Shown here piece by piece: positions 1 through 8,397 of a stretch of 36,786 bases of DNA. A program made the position numbers and the translations under genes. Position 1 is the first letter of the stretch, and every line of letters starts with the position of its first letter. Under the pieces are notes generated by a model, which saw only the letters and a program-made list of their open reading frames with translations, was not told where the DNA came from and did not search any database. Location: positions 1 to 36,786 of the forward strand of contig DATHJP010000082.1 in NCBI GenBank assembly GCA_035489695.1. Reading direction: 5' to 3'. The stretch comes from Terriglobales bacterium (GTDB taxonomy: Bacteria; Acidobacteriota; Terriglobia; Terriglobales; Acidobacteriaceae).

Positions 1-335
1 TTGCCGTCCTCGATGCGGGTCGAAGGGAAGTTTACGCGGGTCGGTACCAAGTCGCGGCTGACCGAGCCAGGATGATCGACGAGCGCCTAATCACGCTGGA
101 AGCCTTAGCCACCTCGGTTGACGGTCTGACGTTAATGACGCCTGAAAAGAGCATCGCCGAAACGCTTGCTGCAAAAGGAATCTCAGTGGTAGAAGTCCCT
201 GTTCAGCAGAGTGACGCCATTGCCAGTCTGGGCTGGAAAAAGATTTTGGCGGGCGAAACTGTCTCACCGGAAGCCCTGGAAGCGAATTACATCCGGCGAA
301 CCGATGCAGAGATTTTCTCGAAAAGCCGTTCTTAA
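1..335 (+). CDS. tsaB: tRNA threonylcarbamoyladenosine biosynthesis protein TsaB (YeaZ family), C-terminal part; 5' end lies outside the window
   Basis: Frame 3 is open from the window edge (AVLDAGRREVYAGRY...) and runs into the listed ORF 72..335. The C-terminal EANYIRRTDAE is TsaB-like. It sits directly upstream of rimI, the classical tsaB-rimI pairing. Confidence 0.6.
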   Translation, partial: AVLDAGRREVYAGRYQVAADRARMIDERLITLEALATSVDGLTLMTPEKSIAETLAAKGISVVEVPVQQSDAIASLGWKKILAGETVSPEALEANYIRRTDAEIFSKSRS

Positions 336-337
336 TC

Positions 338-365
338 TAGAAACCAGAAACAGGAAACTAGAAAC
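338..365 (+). repeat. heptad array A: TAGAAAC CAGAAAC AGGAAAC TAGAAAC
   Basis: Four in-register NNGAAAC heptads fill the 33-nt tsaB-rimI spacer. The 13-mer GAAACAGGAAACT (347-359) recurs at 6352-6364. Confidence 0.8.
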
Positions 366-368
366 TCG

Positions 369-812
369 TTGCTAGTCCGTCCCGCTACCTCCGCTGACAT
401 TTCCTCCATGATGGCCTTGGAGACGCATGCAGTCACCGCTGCGCACTGGTCGCGACAGCAATATGAACAAGTCTTCGCAGCGCGTGAACCACGCCGGGAA
501 GCGCTGATTATAGAAAGAGAAGGCATCCAAGGGTTCCTTGTGGCGCGGGCCCTGGACAAAGAATGGGAGATTGAAAATATGGCGGTGTCCGGCCCCGCCC
601 GCCGACACGGTCTGGGAACACGTCTGCTCGGCGAGTTTCTTGATAAGGCGCGGATTGCAGGTGCGGAAATGGTGTTTTTAGAGGTGCGCGAGTCTAATCA
701 CGCGGCCCGCGCGTTGTACGAAAAATGGGCTTTCGTCCAATCCGGCTGCCGCCAGGGCTATTACCGCGGACCGGAAGAGGACGCCATCACGTATTGTCTT
801 TACTTTGCATAA
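369..812 (+). CDS. rimI: ribosomal-protein-alanine N-acetyltransferase (GNAT family)
   Basis: 147 aa with a TTG start. GNAT motif A is present (IENMAVSGPARRHGLGTRLL). Size and position after tsaB fit RimI. Confidence 0.75.
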   Translation: MLVRPATSADISSMMALETHAVTAAHWSRQQYEQVFAAREPRREALIIEREGIQGFLVARALDKEWEIENMAVSGPARRHGLGTRLLGEFLDKARIAGAEMVFLEVRESNHAARALYEKWAFVQSGCRQGYYRGPEEDAITYCLYFA

Positions 813-922
813 TTTGCCTCGTTTATGGTGCATATTTTGTTATTAAAGTATGGAATTTGGGATTGAACCAGCATAGGTCGTATGTTAGTTTTAGACTGAA
901 ATCAGGGCAGGAGGTCTGCTGG

Positions 923-1144
923 ATGCTAACTCCGAGGGACCAGCTCCTGGCCAGCCACGAAGAATTTCAAAAGCTGGCGCAGGAACATACCCAATACGCA
1001 CAACGTCTTGATTCACTCACCCAAAAGCGTTATCTCACCGAAGATGAAAAGTTGGAAGAAGTCCGGCTGAAAAAGCTGAAACTGCGCCTGAAAGATCAAA
1101 TGGAATCGATCGAGCGCCAGTATCGGCAGCATCAGGTCGCCTAA
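923..1144 (+). CDS. small coiled-coil protein, DUF465 (YdcH-like)
   Basis: Internal ATG of ORF 725..1144; the upstream part overlaps rimI. A GGAGGT Shine-Dalgarno lies 7-8 nt upstream. The 73-aa sequence MLTPRDQLLASHEEFQKLAQEH...LEEVRLKKLKLRLKDQME is typical of DUF465. Confidence 0.6.
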   Translation: MLTPRDQLLASHEEFQKLAQEHTQYAQRLDSLTQKRYLTEDEKLEEVRLKKLKLRLKDQMESIERQYRQHQVA

Positions 1145-1201
1145 TTCCCGTCCAGACTTTGTGCGGCCAAGCCGCCAAAGGGTTCATTCGCTTAAATCAA
1201 T

Positions 1202-1226
1202 GGCGCTCATAAGCGCCTTTTTTATT
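1202..1226 (+). terminator. putative intrinsic terminator after the DUF465 gene
   Basis: GGCGCT-CATA-AGCGCC hairpin (6-bp stem) followed by TTTTTTATT. Confidence 0.45.
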
Positions 1227-1243
1227 GGCATTTAACATGAAAG

Positions 1244-1274
1244 GCGCATGCGCGCTGTAGCCCTGCACTATAAT
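1244..1274 (+). promoter_or_regulatory. putative psd promoter: perfect TATAAT -10 with a GCGCATGCGC palindrome at the -35 position
   Basis: TATAAT lies at 1269-1274, 13 nt before the psd ATG, and no SD is present in between. A 10-bp perfect palindrome at 1244-1253 occupies the -35 position. Confidence 0.35.
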
Positions 1275-1287
1275 TCTTGTACTCCCC

Positions 1288-1950
1288 ATGGTTGCTGACG
1301 GCTACTATTACGCACTCGCGCTTCTAGGCGCGGCTGTCTTGCTGGGCTGGATTGCGGGCATATTCTGGGCGCTGCCCGCACTGTTTTTAGCGGCGTTCTT
1401 TCTGTGGTTCTTCCGTGATCCGGACCGGGAGATTCCTGACACGCCCGGGGTAGTGGTATCGCCCGCCGACGGAAAAGTTACAGGTATCTGGCCGGTAAGG
1501 GAAAGTGGTGTCCAGCAAACGCGCATCAGCATCTTTCTTAATGTCTTCGATGTTCACGTAAATCGCTCTCCAATCGGGGGAATCATTCGGGAAGTCCGCT
1601 ATCAGGTGGGAAAGTTTGGGAACGCGATGAATTTAACCTCCGCCGAACACAACGAGCAGAATATTGTCACCGTCGAAGGTGAAGGTGAGCCGGTGATATT
1701 CAAGCAAATCGCCGGGCTTTTGGCGCGCAGGATTGTGTTTACCAAAAAGGCAGGCGATCGGGTAGAACGCGGAGAACGGGTAGGACTGATCAAGTTCGGC
1801 TCGCGAGTGGACGTTTTTCTGGACGTCTCCGCGAATCTCCAAGTGAAGATCGGGGATCGGGTAAAAGGCGGAAGCAGTGTGTTGGCGTTTATGCCGCCGC
1901 CCGAACTTGCGGCGGTTGGGGCTGAACAGGCCCGGCAAGGAGCGTTTTGA
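1288..1950 (+). CDS. psd: phosphatidylserine decarboxylase proenzyme (short type)
   Basis: 220 aa with an N-terminal TM pair. It carries the C-terminal FGSRVDVF self-cleavage-type G-S motif. Its stop overlaps the pssA start (ATGA). Confidence 0.85.
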   Translation: MVADGYYYALALLGAAVLLGWIAGIFWALPALFLAAFFLWFFRDPDREIPDTPGVVVSPADGKVTGIWPVRESGVQQTRISIFLNVFDVHVNRSPIGGIIREVRYQVGKFGNAMNLTSAEHNEQNIVTVEGEGEPVIFKQIAGLLARRIVFTKKAGDRVERGERVGLIKFGSRVDVFLDVSANLQVKIGDRVKGGSSVLAFMPPPELAAVGAEQARQGAF

Positions 1951-2834
1951 TGGACGCGGAATTTCCCGAGACCCCAAAGCGACGACTGGAAGATCGCCCT
2001 CCGAAAAAGCTCCGCAAGGGGATGTTCATTCTCCCCTCCTTGTTCACCACCGCGAACATCGCGTTTGGCTATTATGCGATTCTGCAAGTCACGCACGGCA
2101 ACATCACTGACTTCTGGCACTTCGATAATGCTGCTAAAGCGATTGGCTTTGCCGTGCTGTTCGATGGGCTCGACGGGCGTATTGCCCGGATGACCAAAAC
2201 TAGCAGCGATTTTGGCAGGGAACTGGATTCGCTCGCCGATGTCATCACCTTCGGCGTAGCGCCGGCTATGTTGGCCTGGAGTTGGGGTTTCCGCCAGTTG
2301 CCCGCCGTCCTGGCACCCCAGCTGTTGAGCAAGCTGGGACAATTGGGCGCCATCGCGAGCTTTCTCTTCCTGATGGCCGGGACCAGTCGTCTGGCCCGCT
2401 TCAACATTACGTCCAACCCACAACCCTCAAATCCGGGACCTCCGGGAAAGAAATATTTTGTGGGCATGCCGATTCCCGCTGGCGCCGGAGTCATTGCTGC
2501 CGTAGTGCATTTTTCTGGTGGGGATCCGATCGCATCCTGGTGGACTGCGGTTACCTGGATGCTGATGGTGGTCGCGGTCGCATACTTGATGGTGAGTACG
2601 TGGCGGTTCTACAGCTTCAAAGACATTGATTTCCGTTCGCGGCAACCATTCCAACTTATTATTCTTTTCGGCCTGTTGTTTGCCGCTATCTGGTATTTCT
2701 CAGAGTGGGTTCTGTTCGCGATTGCGCTGCTCTATATGTTCTCGGGTGTGGTCTGGCGTTTGCAATGGATTTTCCGGCGAAGGGGCGGTCCACCATCGCC
2801 TCCGGCTTACAAGGAGGCTTCGCAGACTTCATGA
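1947..2834 (+). CDS. pssA: CDP-diacylglycerol--serine O-phosphatidyltransferase
   Basis: Contains the CDP-alcohol phosphatidyltransferase motif [26 protein letters not shown]. It is a multi-TM protein. Confidence 0.85.
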   Translation: MMDAEFPETPKRRLEDRPPKKLRKGMFILPSLFTTANIAFGYYAILQVTHGNITDFWHFDNAAKAIGFAVLFDGLDGRIARMTKTSSDFGRELDSLADVITFGVAPAMLAWSWGFRQLPAVLAPQLLSKLGQLGAIASFLFLMAGTSRLARFNITSNPQPSNPGPPGKKYFVGMPIPAGAGVIAAVVHFSGGDPIASWWTAVTWMLMVVAVAYLMVSTWRFYSFKDIDFRSRQPFQLIILFGLLFAAIWYFSEWVLFAIALLYMFSGVVWRLQWIFRRRGGPPSPPAYKEASQTS

Positions 2835-3910
2835 GTTCGCACGCAAAATCGACCGCGCTCGCACATACCGAACCCATGCGGGGCGGCAACTTTTACCGTC
2901 TGGCAATTGTCGGCGCGGGAACGCTCAAGGGAAAAGAAGTTGCGGAAGTGCTCAGCGACCGCAATTTTCCTTCGCTGGATATCAAGCTTCTGGACGACGA
3001 TGAATCTCTAGGACAACTTGAGACCCTGAAAGATGAGATTACTTTCATCCAGAGCGTCCGAACCGAACAGTTCGACAAAATTGATTTCGCTTTTTTCGCG
3101 TCAGATCCGGACTGTACCCGCAGAAATTGGAAGACGGCCCGCAAGGCAGGCAGCGCAATTGTGGATCTTTCCTACGCGCTGGAAGACGAACCCGATGCAG
3201 TAGTACGGTCCCCGTGGGTTGAACGCCAGTTGGGCCAGGCACTAACCGTTGAATTGCAGCCGGGGCCATCGGTCGTGGCGCATCCGGCCGCCGTGGTGCT
3301 GGCTCTTATCCTGTTGCGAGCGCACCGGGCTGGCAAGGTCAAGCGCGCGGTGGCTACCGTGTACGAGCCTGCATCCGAACACGGACAAAAGGGAATGGAC
3401 GAACTGCACGAGCAGACGGTGAATCTGCTCTCGTTCCAGCAATTGCCCAAGAATGTGTTCGACATCCAGGTGGCTTTCAATATGGTAAGCCGCTATGGAC
3501 ACCAGGCGGCTCCCGCCTTGGCCACAATAGAGCATCGAGTGCTGAAGCATTACCAGCGCATCGCAGGCAAGGATGCGCCGCTCCCGTCGCTGCTGCTGGT
3601 GCAGGCCCCGATATTTCATGGACACGCTTTCGCAGTGCATGTCGAATTGGAACAAGCCATGGAATTGGCCACGTTTTCACAGGCACTGGCTGGTGAGCAT
3701 GTGAACATCACTCTTCTGGCCGAAGAAGCGCCCACCAACGTGAACGCCGCGGGACAGGGAGATGTGCTTTTGTCGATAGTTCCTGACCCAAATAGTGCGA
3801 ATAGCTTCTGGTTGTGGGCGGCCTCCGATAATCTGCGGATCGCGGCATCGACTGCGGTCGAGTGTGCAGAGACCATGGCCGCCAGCCGGCCCAAAGGGAA
3901 AATCCAGTGA
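2831..3910 (+). CDS. aspartate-semialdehyde dehydrogenase-like (Asd/USG-1 family) protein that lacks the catalytic Cys
   Basis: The ATG at 2831 overlaps the pssA stop (ATGA); the listed ORF start 2705 lies inside pssA. It has an N-terminal Rossmann segment (LAIVGAGTLKGKEV) and an Asd-like PIFHGHAF block. The expected N-P-N-C-S/T block reads AHPAAVV. Confidence 0.7.
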   Translation: MSSHAKSTALAHTEPMRGGNFYRLAIVGAGTLKGKEVAEVLSDRNFPSLDIKLLDDDESLGQLETLKDEITFIQSVRTEQFDKIDFAFFASDPDCTRRNWKTARKAGSAIVDLSYALEDEPDAVVRSPWVERQLGQALTVELQPGPSVVAHPAAVVLALILLRAHRAGKVKRAVATVYEPASEHGQKGMDELHEQTVNLLSFQQLPKNVFDIQVAFNMVSRYGHQAAPALATIEHRVLKHYQRIAGKDAPLPSLLLVQAPIFHGHAFAVHVELEQAMELATFSQALAGEHVNITLLAEEAPTNVNAAGQGDVLLSIVPDPNSANSFWLWAASDNLRIAASTAVECAETMAASRPKGKIQ

Positions 3911-4419
3911 AGCGCTGGCTCGCGGTGTTGGTTTGTGTGTGCTGCACAAGCTGCGGCTATCACACCGCCGGACACGCCGTTCAGCTTCCCGATAACGTCA
4001 AGACGATTGCCGTTCCAGCGTTTGTCAACAATACCCAGACTTACAAAATCGAGCAGATGCTTACTGCGGCGGTGGTACGAGAGATGGTGACACGCACTCA
4101 TTATCAAGTTCTAAATGGGCCGAATCAGGCAGCGGATGCGACGTTGCAGGGCACCGTCATTTCCAGCTACGCTTCTCCTCTTACTTATGACTCACAAACC
4201 GGACGCGCCGCTAGTGTGCTCGTGGTTGTCGGCATGAGAGTCTCGTTGACCGACAAGCAGGGCAAGGTTCTGTATCAGAATCCTTCTTACATATTCCGTG
4301 AGCAGTACCAGGTATCGCGCGAGCTCTCCAGCTTTTTCGAGGAAGATTCTCCAGCCATGCAACGCTTATCGCGCGAGTTTGCCCGCACCCTGGTCAGTAA
4401 CATTCTGGAGGGCTTTTAA
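3907..4419 (+). CDS. lptE: LptE-like LPS-assembly lipoprotein
   Basis: The GTG at 3907 overlaps the previous stop (GTGA). The signal/lipobox-like N-terminus is VKRWLAVLVCVCCTSCGY. It is about 170 aa and sits immediately upstream of holA, as in the lptE-holA arrangement of many Gram-negatives. Confidence 0.55.
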   Translation: MKRWLAVLVCVCCTSCGYHTAGHAVQLPDNVKTIAVPAFVNNTQTYKIEQMLTAAVVREMVTRTHYQVLNGPNQAADATLQGTVISSYASPLTYDSQTGRAASVLVVVGMRVSLTDKQGKVLYQNPSYIFREQYQVSRELSSFFEEDSPAMQRLSREFARTLVSNILEGF

Positions 4420-5543
4420 TGCGCGCCTTCGCGCAGGCTGACCGCTTCGTATCGGAAGTGGAAGCACACAAGCTGCGGCCTGCATACGTATTCGTTGGAG
4501 ATGAAGTCTTTTTCCGCAAGCGCTGCCGCGAAGCGATTCTCGAACATCTGGTGCCACCCGATTTGCGCGACTTCAGTCTGTTCGACTTTGATCTGTCGGA
4601 AACCGACCTGACCGAGATCCTTGATCGCGCGCGCACCCCATCACTGATGGCGCCTTTCCAGGTATTTTTTATCCGCGGAGTTAAGAACTTATTCGGTCGG
4701 GGATCGAACCAGGAAAAACTGGATGCCATCGAGGCTTACTGCAAGGATCCCAACCCGGCTGCCGTCCTGATCTTTGTAGCCGACCACATCAGCATCCCCG
4801 CCGATGCTCGCCGCATGGATCTGACCGACAAAGAGCGTTACGAACGTATTCGCGAATCGATGGGCGAGTATTGTGCCATCGTCGAATTGGCCCGGGTGGA
4901 AGAAGGCGAAGCCGTACTTTGGATTGGCGAATACTGCGCCCTGCAGTCAGTGAAAATTGAGCCGGATGCAGCACGCGAACTGGTGGACGCCCTCGGTGGC
5001 GACATGATGATGATCTCCAACGAACTGGAGAAACTCATTCTCTACGTGGGCGAGAAAAAGCGAATCACCCTGGGCGACGTCGAGACTATGGTGCTGGCCG
5101 CGAAACAAAGATCGCTTTATGAACTGACCGATGCCATCTCCGCCAAAGATCGCGTCCGTGCGCTGGAGATGCTGGATGCCATCCTCTCTACCGGTGATGG
5201 CGACGAAGCTGCGATCGGTCATCTTTACATGCTGGCAAAAACTTTCCGCCAAATGCTGGTCATTCTCGAGCGCAACGTACGAGATCAGCGCATGCTGTGG
5301 GCCGCGCTGTGGCAGGGCTTCCGCGTGCCTCCCTTTGCCGCCGACGACATCATCCGCCAGGCTCGCCGCTACAAATCGAAACGCGAACTGACTCGGGCTA
5401 TCCGCCAGATCGCAAAAGCCGACCTCGCATTACGCTCCAATCCTCCAAGCAAACGCATGATGTTGGAGAAATTGGTGCTCGACTTGACCACGGAACCAAA
5501 GCCGGAAGTGCCCGGCTGGTCACAGGAAGAGTTGCCGGTGTAA
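4419..5543 (+). CDS. holA: DNA polymerase III subunit delta
   Basis: 374 aa with the delta N-terminal pattern (KLRPAYVFVGDEVFF...). The start overlaps the lptE stop (TAATG). Confidence 0.75.
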   Translation: MRAFAQADRFVSEVEAHKLRPAYVFVGDEVFFRKRCREAILEHLVPPDLRDFSLFDFDLSETDLTEILDRARTPSLMAPFQVFFIRGVKNLFGRGSNQEKLDAIEAYCKDPNPAAVLIFVADHISIPADARRMDLTDKERYERIRESMGEYCAIVELARVEEGEAVLWIGEYCALQSVKIEPDAARELVDALGGDMMMISNELEKLILYVGEKKRITLGDVETMVLAAKQRSLYELTDAISAKDRVRALEMLDAILSTGDGDEAAIGHLYMLAKTFRQMLVILERNVRDQRMLWAALWQGFRVPPFAADDIIRQARRYKSKRELTRAIRQIAKADLALRSNPPSKRMMLEKLVLDLTTEPKPEVPGWSQEELPV

Positions 5544-5558
5544 CTCGGCGACCCGTCG

Positions 5559-6311
5559 ATGCTCAATGTATCTTCCTATCTTGCCCGCATCGGATACACC
5601 GGACCCACAATCCCCAAAGCAGATACATTACGCGCAATTCATCGCGCACATTTGCTGACCGTCCCTTTTGAAAATCTCGACATCGCAAGAGCAACGAAGA
5701 TTGTCTGTGAAGAAGACGCGTTCCTGCGCAAGATCGTTGACCGCCATCGTGGTGGTTTCTGCTACGAGCTGAACGGCGCTTTCGCCGCGTTACTGCGCGG
5801 GTTGGGATTTGAAGTCACTCTGCTATCCGCCCGTGTCCCGCGGGAAGATGGAACGGAAACTCCCGAATTCGATCATATGACGCTGCGTGTGGATCTTGAC
5901 GAACCCTGGCTGGCGGATGTGGGCTTTGGAGATTGCTTCCTGGAACCTTTACGATTGCAGACGCACGCCGAGCAATTACAGGATGGACAGAAGTTTCGTA
6001 TCAGAGAAGAAGGGAAGTCGTGTCACGTAGAAAGAGCTCAACCCGACGGAAGCTGGAAAGGAGAGTACACGTTTTCCCTCATTTCTCGACGCCTGGAAGA
6101 GTTTGCACCCATGTGCCATTACCATCAGACTTCGCCGGAATCACCGTTCACCCGCAAAAGAATCTGCAGCAGAGCCACGCGCGAAGGACGGATCACGCTG
6201 GCAGATCGGAAGTTGATCATCACGCGGCTAGGCAATCGGGAAGAAAAAGTGCTCGAATCAGAAGAAGAGTGGCAAGCGCCCTTACAGAAATATTTCCAGA
6301 TCGTTCTCTGA
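5559..6311 (+). CDS. arylamine N-acetyltransferase
   Basis: Contains the NAT catalytic-Cys block RGGFCYELNGAF, followed by the FDHMTL and ADVGFGD blocks (Cys-His-Asp triad context). Confidence 0.8.
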   Translation: MLNVSSYLARIGYTGPTIPKADTLRAIHRAHLLTVPFENLDIARATKIVCEEDAFLRKIVDRHRGGFCYELNGAFAALLRGLGFEVTLLSARVPREDGTETPEFDHMTLRVDLDEPWLADVGFGDCFLEPLRLQTHAEQLQDGQKFRIREEGKSCHVERAQPDGSWKGEYTFSLISRRLEEFAPMCHYHQTSPESPFTRKRICSRATREGRITLADRKLIITRLGNREEKVLESEEEWQAPLQKYFQIVL

Positions 6312-6342
6312 CCAAACCCAAAGATTATGAAAGATTAGAGAG

Positions 6343-6384
6343 CGAAAACTGGAAACAGGAAACTGGGAACTCGAAACTCGACCT
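6343..6384 (+). repeat. heptad array B: CGAAAAC TGGAAAC AGGAAAC TGGGAAC TCGAAAC TCGACCT
   Basis: Six in-register heptads lie in the convergent NAT/rpsT spacer. The spacer itself opens with CTGACCAAACCC at the NAT stop. Confidence 0.8.
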
Positions 6385-6387
6385 ACT

Positions 6388-6651
6388 CTACTTCAGCGCA
6401 TTCACCCTTACCCGCAGCCGCGACTTATACCGCGAAGCGGTGTTCTCGTGAATCACGCCCTTCTGAATAGCCTTATCGAGAGCGGAAACCGTCTCACGAA
6501 ATACCTGCTCAGCTGACTTTTTCTCGCCTTTGGCCAGCGATTCGCGTAGTTCTCGCAGAGCGCCGCGCAGGCGCGAACGGTTGTTACGGTTGCGGACGGT
6601 GCGTTTCTCAGTCTGACGGGCGCGTTTCAGCGCCGAAAAATGGTTTGCCAT
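6388..6651 (-). CDS. rpsT: 30S ribosomal protein S20
   Basis: 87 aa, [22 protein letters not shown]..., an unmistakable S20. Confidence 0.95.
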   Translation of the reverse strand: MANHFSALKRARQTEKRTVRNRNNRSRLRGALRELRESLAKGEKKSAEQVFRETVSALDKAIQKGVIHENTASRYKSRLRVRVNALK

Positions 6652-6722
6652 CTGGCTTCGTTACCTTCGTTTCTGTTGGCTTTCTCTAGAAAGAGAAGTT
6701 CGGGTGGAATACCGACTAAACT

Positions 6723-6752
6723 ATTTTACGGTAGTAAGTTGCGACTGGTCAA
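6723..6752 (-). promoter_or_regulatory. putative rpsT sigma70-type promoter
   Basis: On the minus strand, TTGACC (6752-6747) is followed by 18 nt and then TAAAAT (6728-6723). The leader contains a TTCTCT-AGAA-AGAGAA hairpin (6682-6697). Confidence 0.4.
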
Positions 6753-6786
6753 ACCAGTGTGACCAAACCAATCCGACCAAACCCAT
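6745..6786 (+). repeat. heptad array I: CTGGTCA AACCAGT GTGACCA AACCAAT CCGACCA AACCCAT
   Basis: Six in-register heptads give three GACCAAACC-type units at 14-nt spacing. The array ends exactly at the ATG of the AAA+ gene. Confidence 0.75.
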
Positions 6787-8397
6787 ATGCCGGATGCACT
6801 CGAGCGCCTCAAAATCCTGATCAACTCTTCCACTCCTATCGTGGTCATGGAGACGATCGAGGAAACGCGCGCCGTGGGCCTGGTGCGCGCCGCCTGCGCC
6901 GAACTGAATATGGCCGTCTTTGAATGGAGTATCGCAGACGGACTGGTCCGTTCCGGCAGCAACCTACCCGCGATTCCGGGAGCCAATCTGCAGATGCGAA
7001 TCAATGTGACTCGACATGCTGCGAATCCTGATGCTCCTGAATCCAGCAAATCAGCTATCTACAACACGCAGGATCCGGTGCAGGCTCTCGCCAACCTCGA
7101 GACCATGACGCTGGAAGCCGTCTTCATTCTTAAGGATTTTCATCGTCACATGGACAGCCCGGTCATTGTCCGGCGCCTTCGCGATGTGGGACAGAAGTTT
7201 TCCGCCAATCGGCGGACGTTAATTCTCACCGCCCCGTCGGTTGCGATCCCTCCGGAGTTAACCGGGCTGATCGAATATCTCGATTTACCTTTGCCCGACC
7301 GGCAGCGGTTGTTGCAGATTATCGACGAAATATTCAACAGGCTGGCAAAGACAAAGACCTATGCAGTGAAACGCGCGTTGGATGCGTCCGGAGTGGACGC
7401 GGTAGCGAACAATCTGCGTGGTCTGACCGAGGAAGAAGCCGACAGAGCGGTTTCTCAAGCCTTAGTGCGCCGCAATGCTCTTTGCCCGGAGACGGTTACA
7501 GATGTGCTCGAAGCCAAGAAAGAATTGCTGCGCCACTCCGGCATGCTGGAGTTCATCGATGCTTCTGACAATATGGCCAGTGTTGGCGGTCTGGATAATT
7601 TGAAACGCTGGCTGGCGCAACGTCGTGGGGCCTGGGAAGAGTCAGCCCGGGAGTTCGGCCTGGAGCCGCCGCGAGGGATGATCGTCCTCGGAGTGCAGGG
7701 CTGCGGCAAAAGCCTTTGTGCCAGAGCTGTGGCTGGAGAGTGGAACATTCCTCTCGTCAAGTTCGATGCCGCTGCCATCTTCGACAAGTACATTGGAGAA
7801 ACCGAGAAACGAATTCAGAAAGTTTTTAAAGTGGCCGAGGGTCTAGCGCCCTGTGTGCTGTGGATTGATGAGCTCGAAAAAGTTTTTGCTGGAAGCCAGC
7901 CGGATTCGGCGTCGGTGGACGCCGGAGTTTCCTCGCGCATTCTGGCGGCATTTCTTTCCTGGATGCAGGATCGAAAGGCGCCGGTATTCGTCGCCGCCAC
8001 CTGCAACAATGTGTCCGTGCTGCCGCCGGAGCTGATCCGTAAAGGACGGTTCGACGAATTATTCTTCGTAGACTTGCCGAATCAGACGGAGCGCAAGCAA
8101 ATCTTTGGCATTCAGTTAGTGCGGCGGAAACGAAATCCGGCCGACTTTGATTTGGAGCGGATCGCGGCAGCCGCAGAAGGATATTCCGGTGCCGAAATTG
8201 ATGCCGCAGTGCAGACCGCGATGTATGCAGCATTCTCCAGTAAGCAGCAAGTCTCGACGCAAGGGCTTCTGGATGCACTGAAAGCCACGGTTCCACTCTC
8301 GACCACCCGGGCGGAAGAAATTCAGGAGCTCAGACAGTGGGCACGAACCCGTGCCGTGCCGGCCGCGAATGCAGAGAGCAAAGGAAAAGGAGCTTAG
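6787..8397 (+). CDS. AAA+ ATPase, Ycf46-like (degenerate N-terminal domain plus one classical AAA module)
   Basis: Carries Walker A GVQGCGKS, Walker B VLWIDELE and the second-region-of-homology context ELIRKGRFDE. The N-terminus LKILINSSTPIVVMETIEETRAV resembles the Ycf46-type AAA family (from memory). Confidence 0.8.
   Translation: MPDALERLKILINSSTPIVVMETIEETRAVGLVRAACAELNMAVFEWSIADGLVRSGSNLPAIPGANLQMRINVTRHAANPDAPESSKSAIYNTQDPVQALANLETMTLEAVFILKDFHRHMDSPVIVRRLRDVGQKFSANRRTLILTAPSVAIPPELTGLIEYLDLPLPDRQRLLQIIDEIFNRLAKTKTYAVKRALDASGVDAVANNLRGLTEEEADRAVSQALVRRNALCPETVTDVLEAKKELLRHSGMLEFIDASDNMASVGGLDNLKRWLAQRRGAWEESAREFGLEPPRGMIVLGVQGCGKSLCARAVAGEWNIPLVKFDAAAIFDKYIGETEKRIQKVFKVAEGLAPCVLWIDELEKVFAGSQPDSASVDAGVSSRILAAFLSWMQDRKAPVFVAATCNNVSVLPPELIRKGRFDELFFVDLPNQTERKQIFGIQLVRRKRNPADFDLERIAAAAEGYSGAEIDAAVQTAMYAAFSSKQQVSTQGLLDALKATVPLSTTRAEEIQELRQWARTRAVPAANAESKGKGA

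Noticed and set aside
826-840. Sigma-54-like element TGGTGC-ATATT-TTGT upstream of the DUF465 gene.
   Set aside because: The spacing is right, but the highly conserved -12 GC is GT and the -24 element is imperfect. It is not supportable without data.
725-922. N-terminal extension of the DUF465 ORF (listed ORF 725..1144).
   Set aside because: The extension overlaps the rimI 3' end in another frame. An internal ATG at 923 has a GGAGG SD and gives the normal DUF465 length.
1602-2423. Long antisense ORFs opposite well-supported genes. Examples: 1602..2423(-), 3616..4107(-), 18629..19156(-), 23493..24077(-), 31535..32053(+), 32772..33629(+).
   Set aside because: They lie entirely inside genes with clear family motifs on the other strand. 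Their products are low-complexity and Arg/Pro/Gly/Ser-rich, and they have no SD. They are typical shadow ORFs of GC-rich DNA.
2705-2830. Longer start for the Asd-like gene (listed ORF 2705..3910).
   Set aside because: It would overlap pssA by 130 nt. The ATG at 2831 forms the ATGA coupling junction seen at the other junctions of this block.
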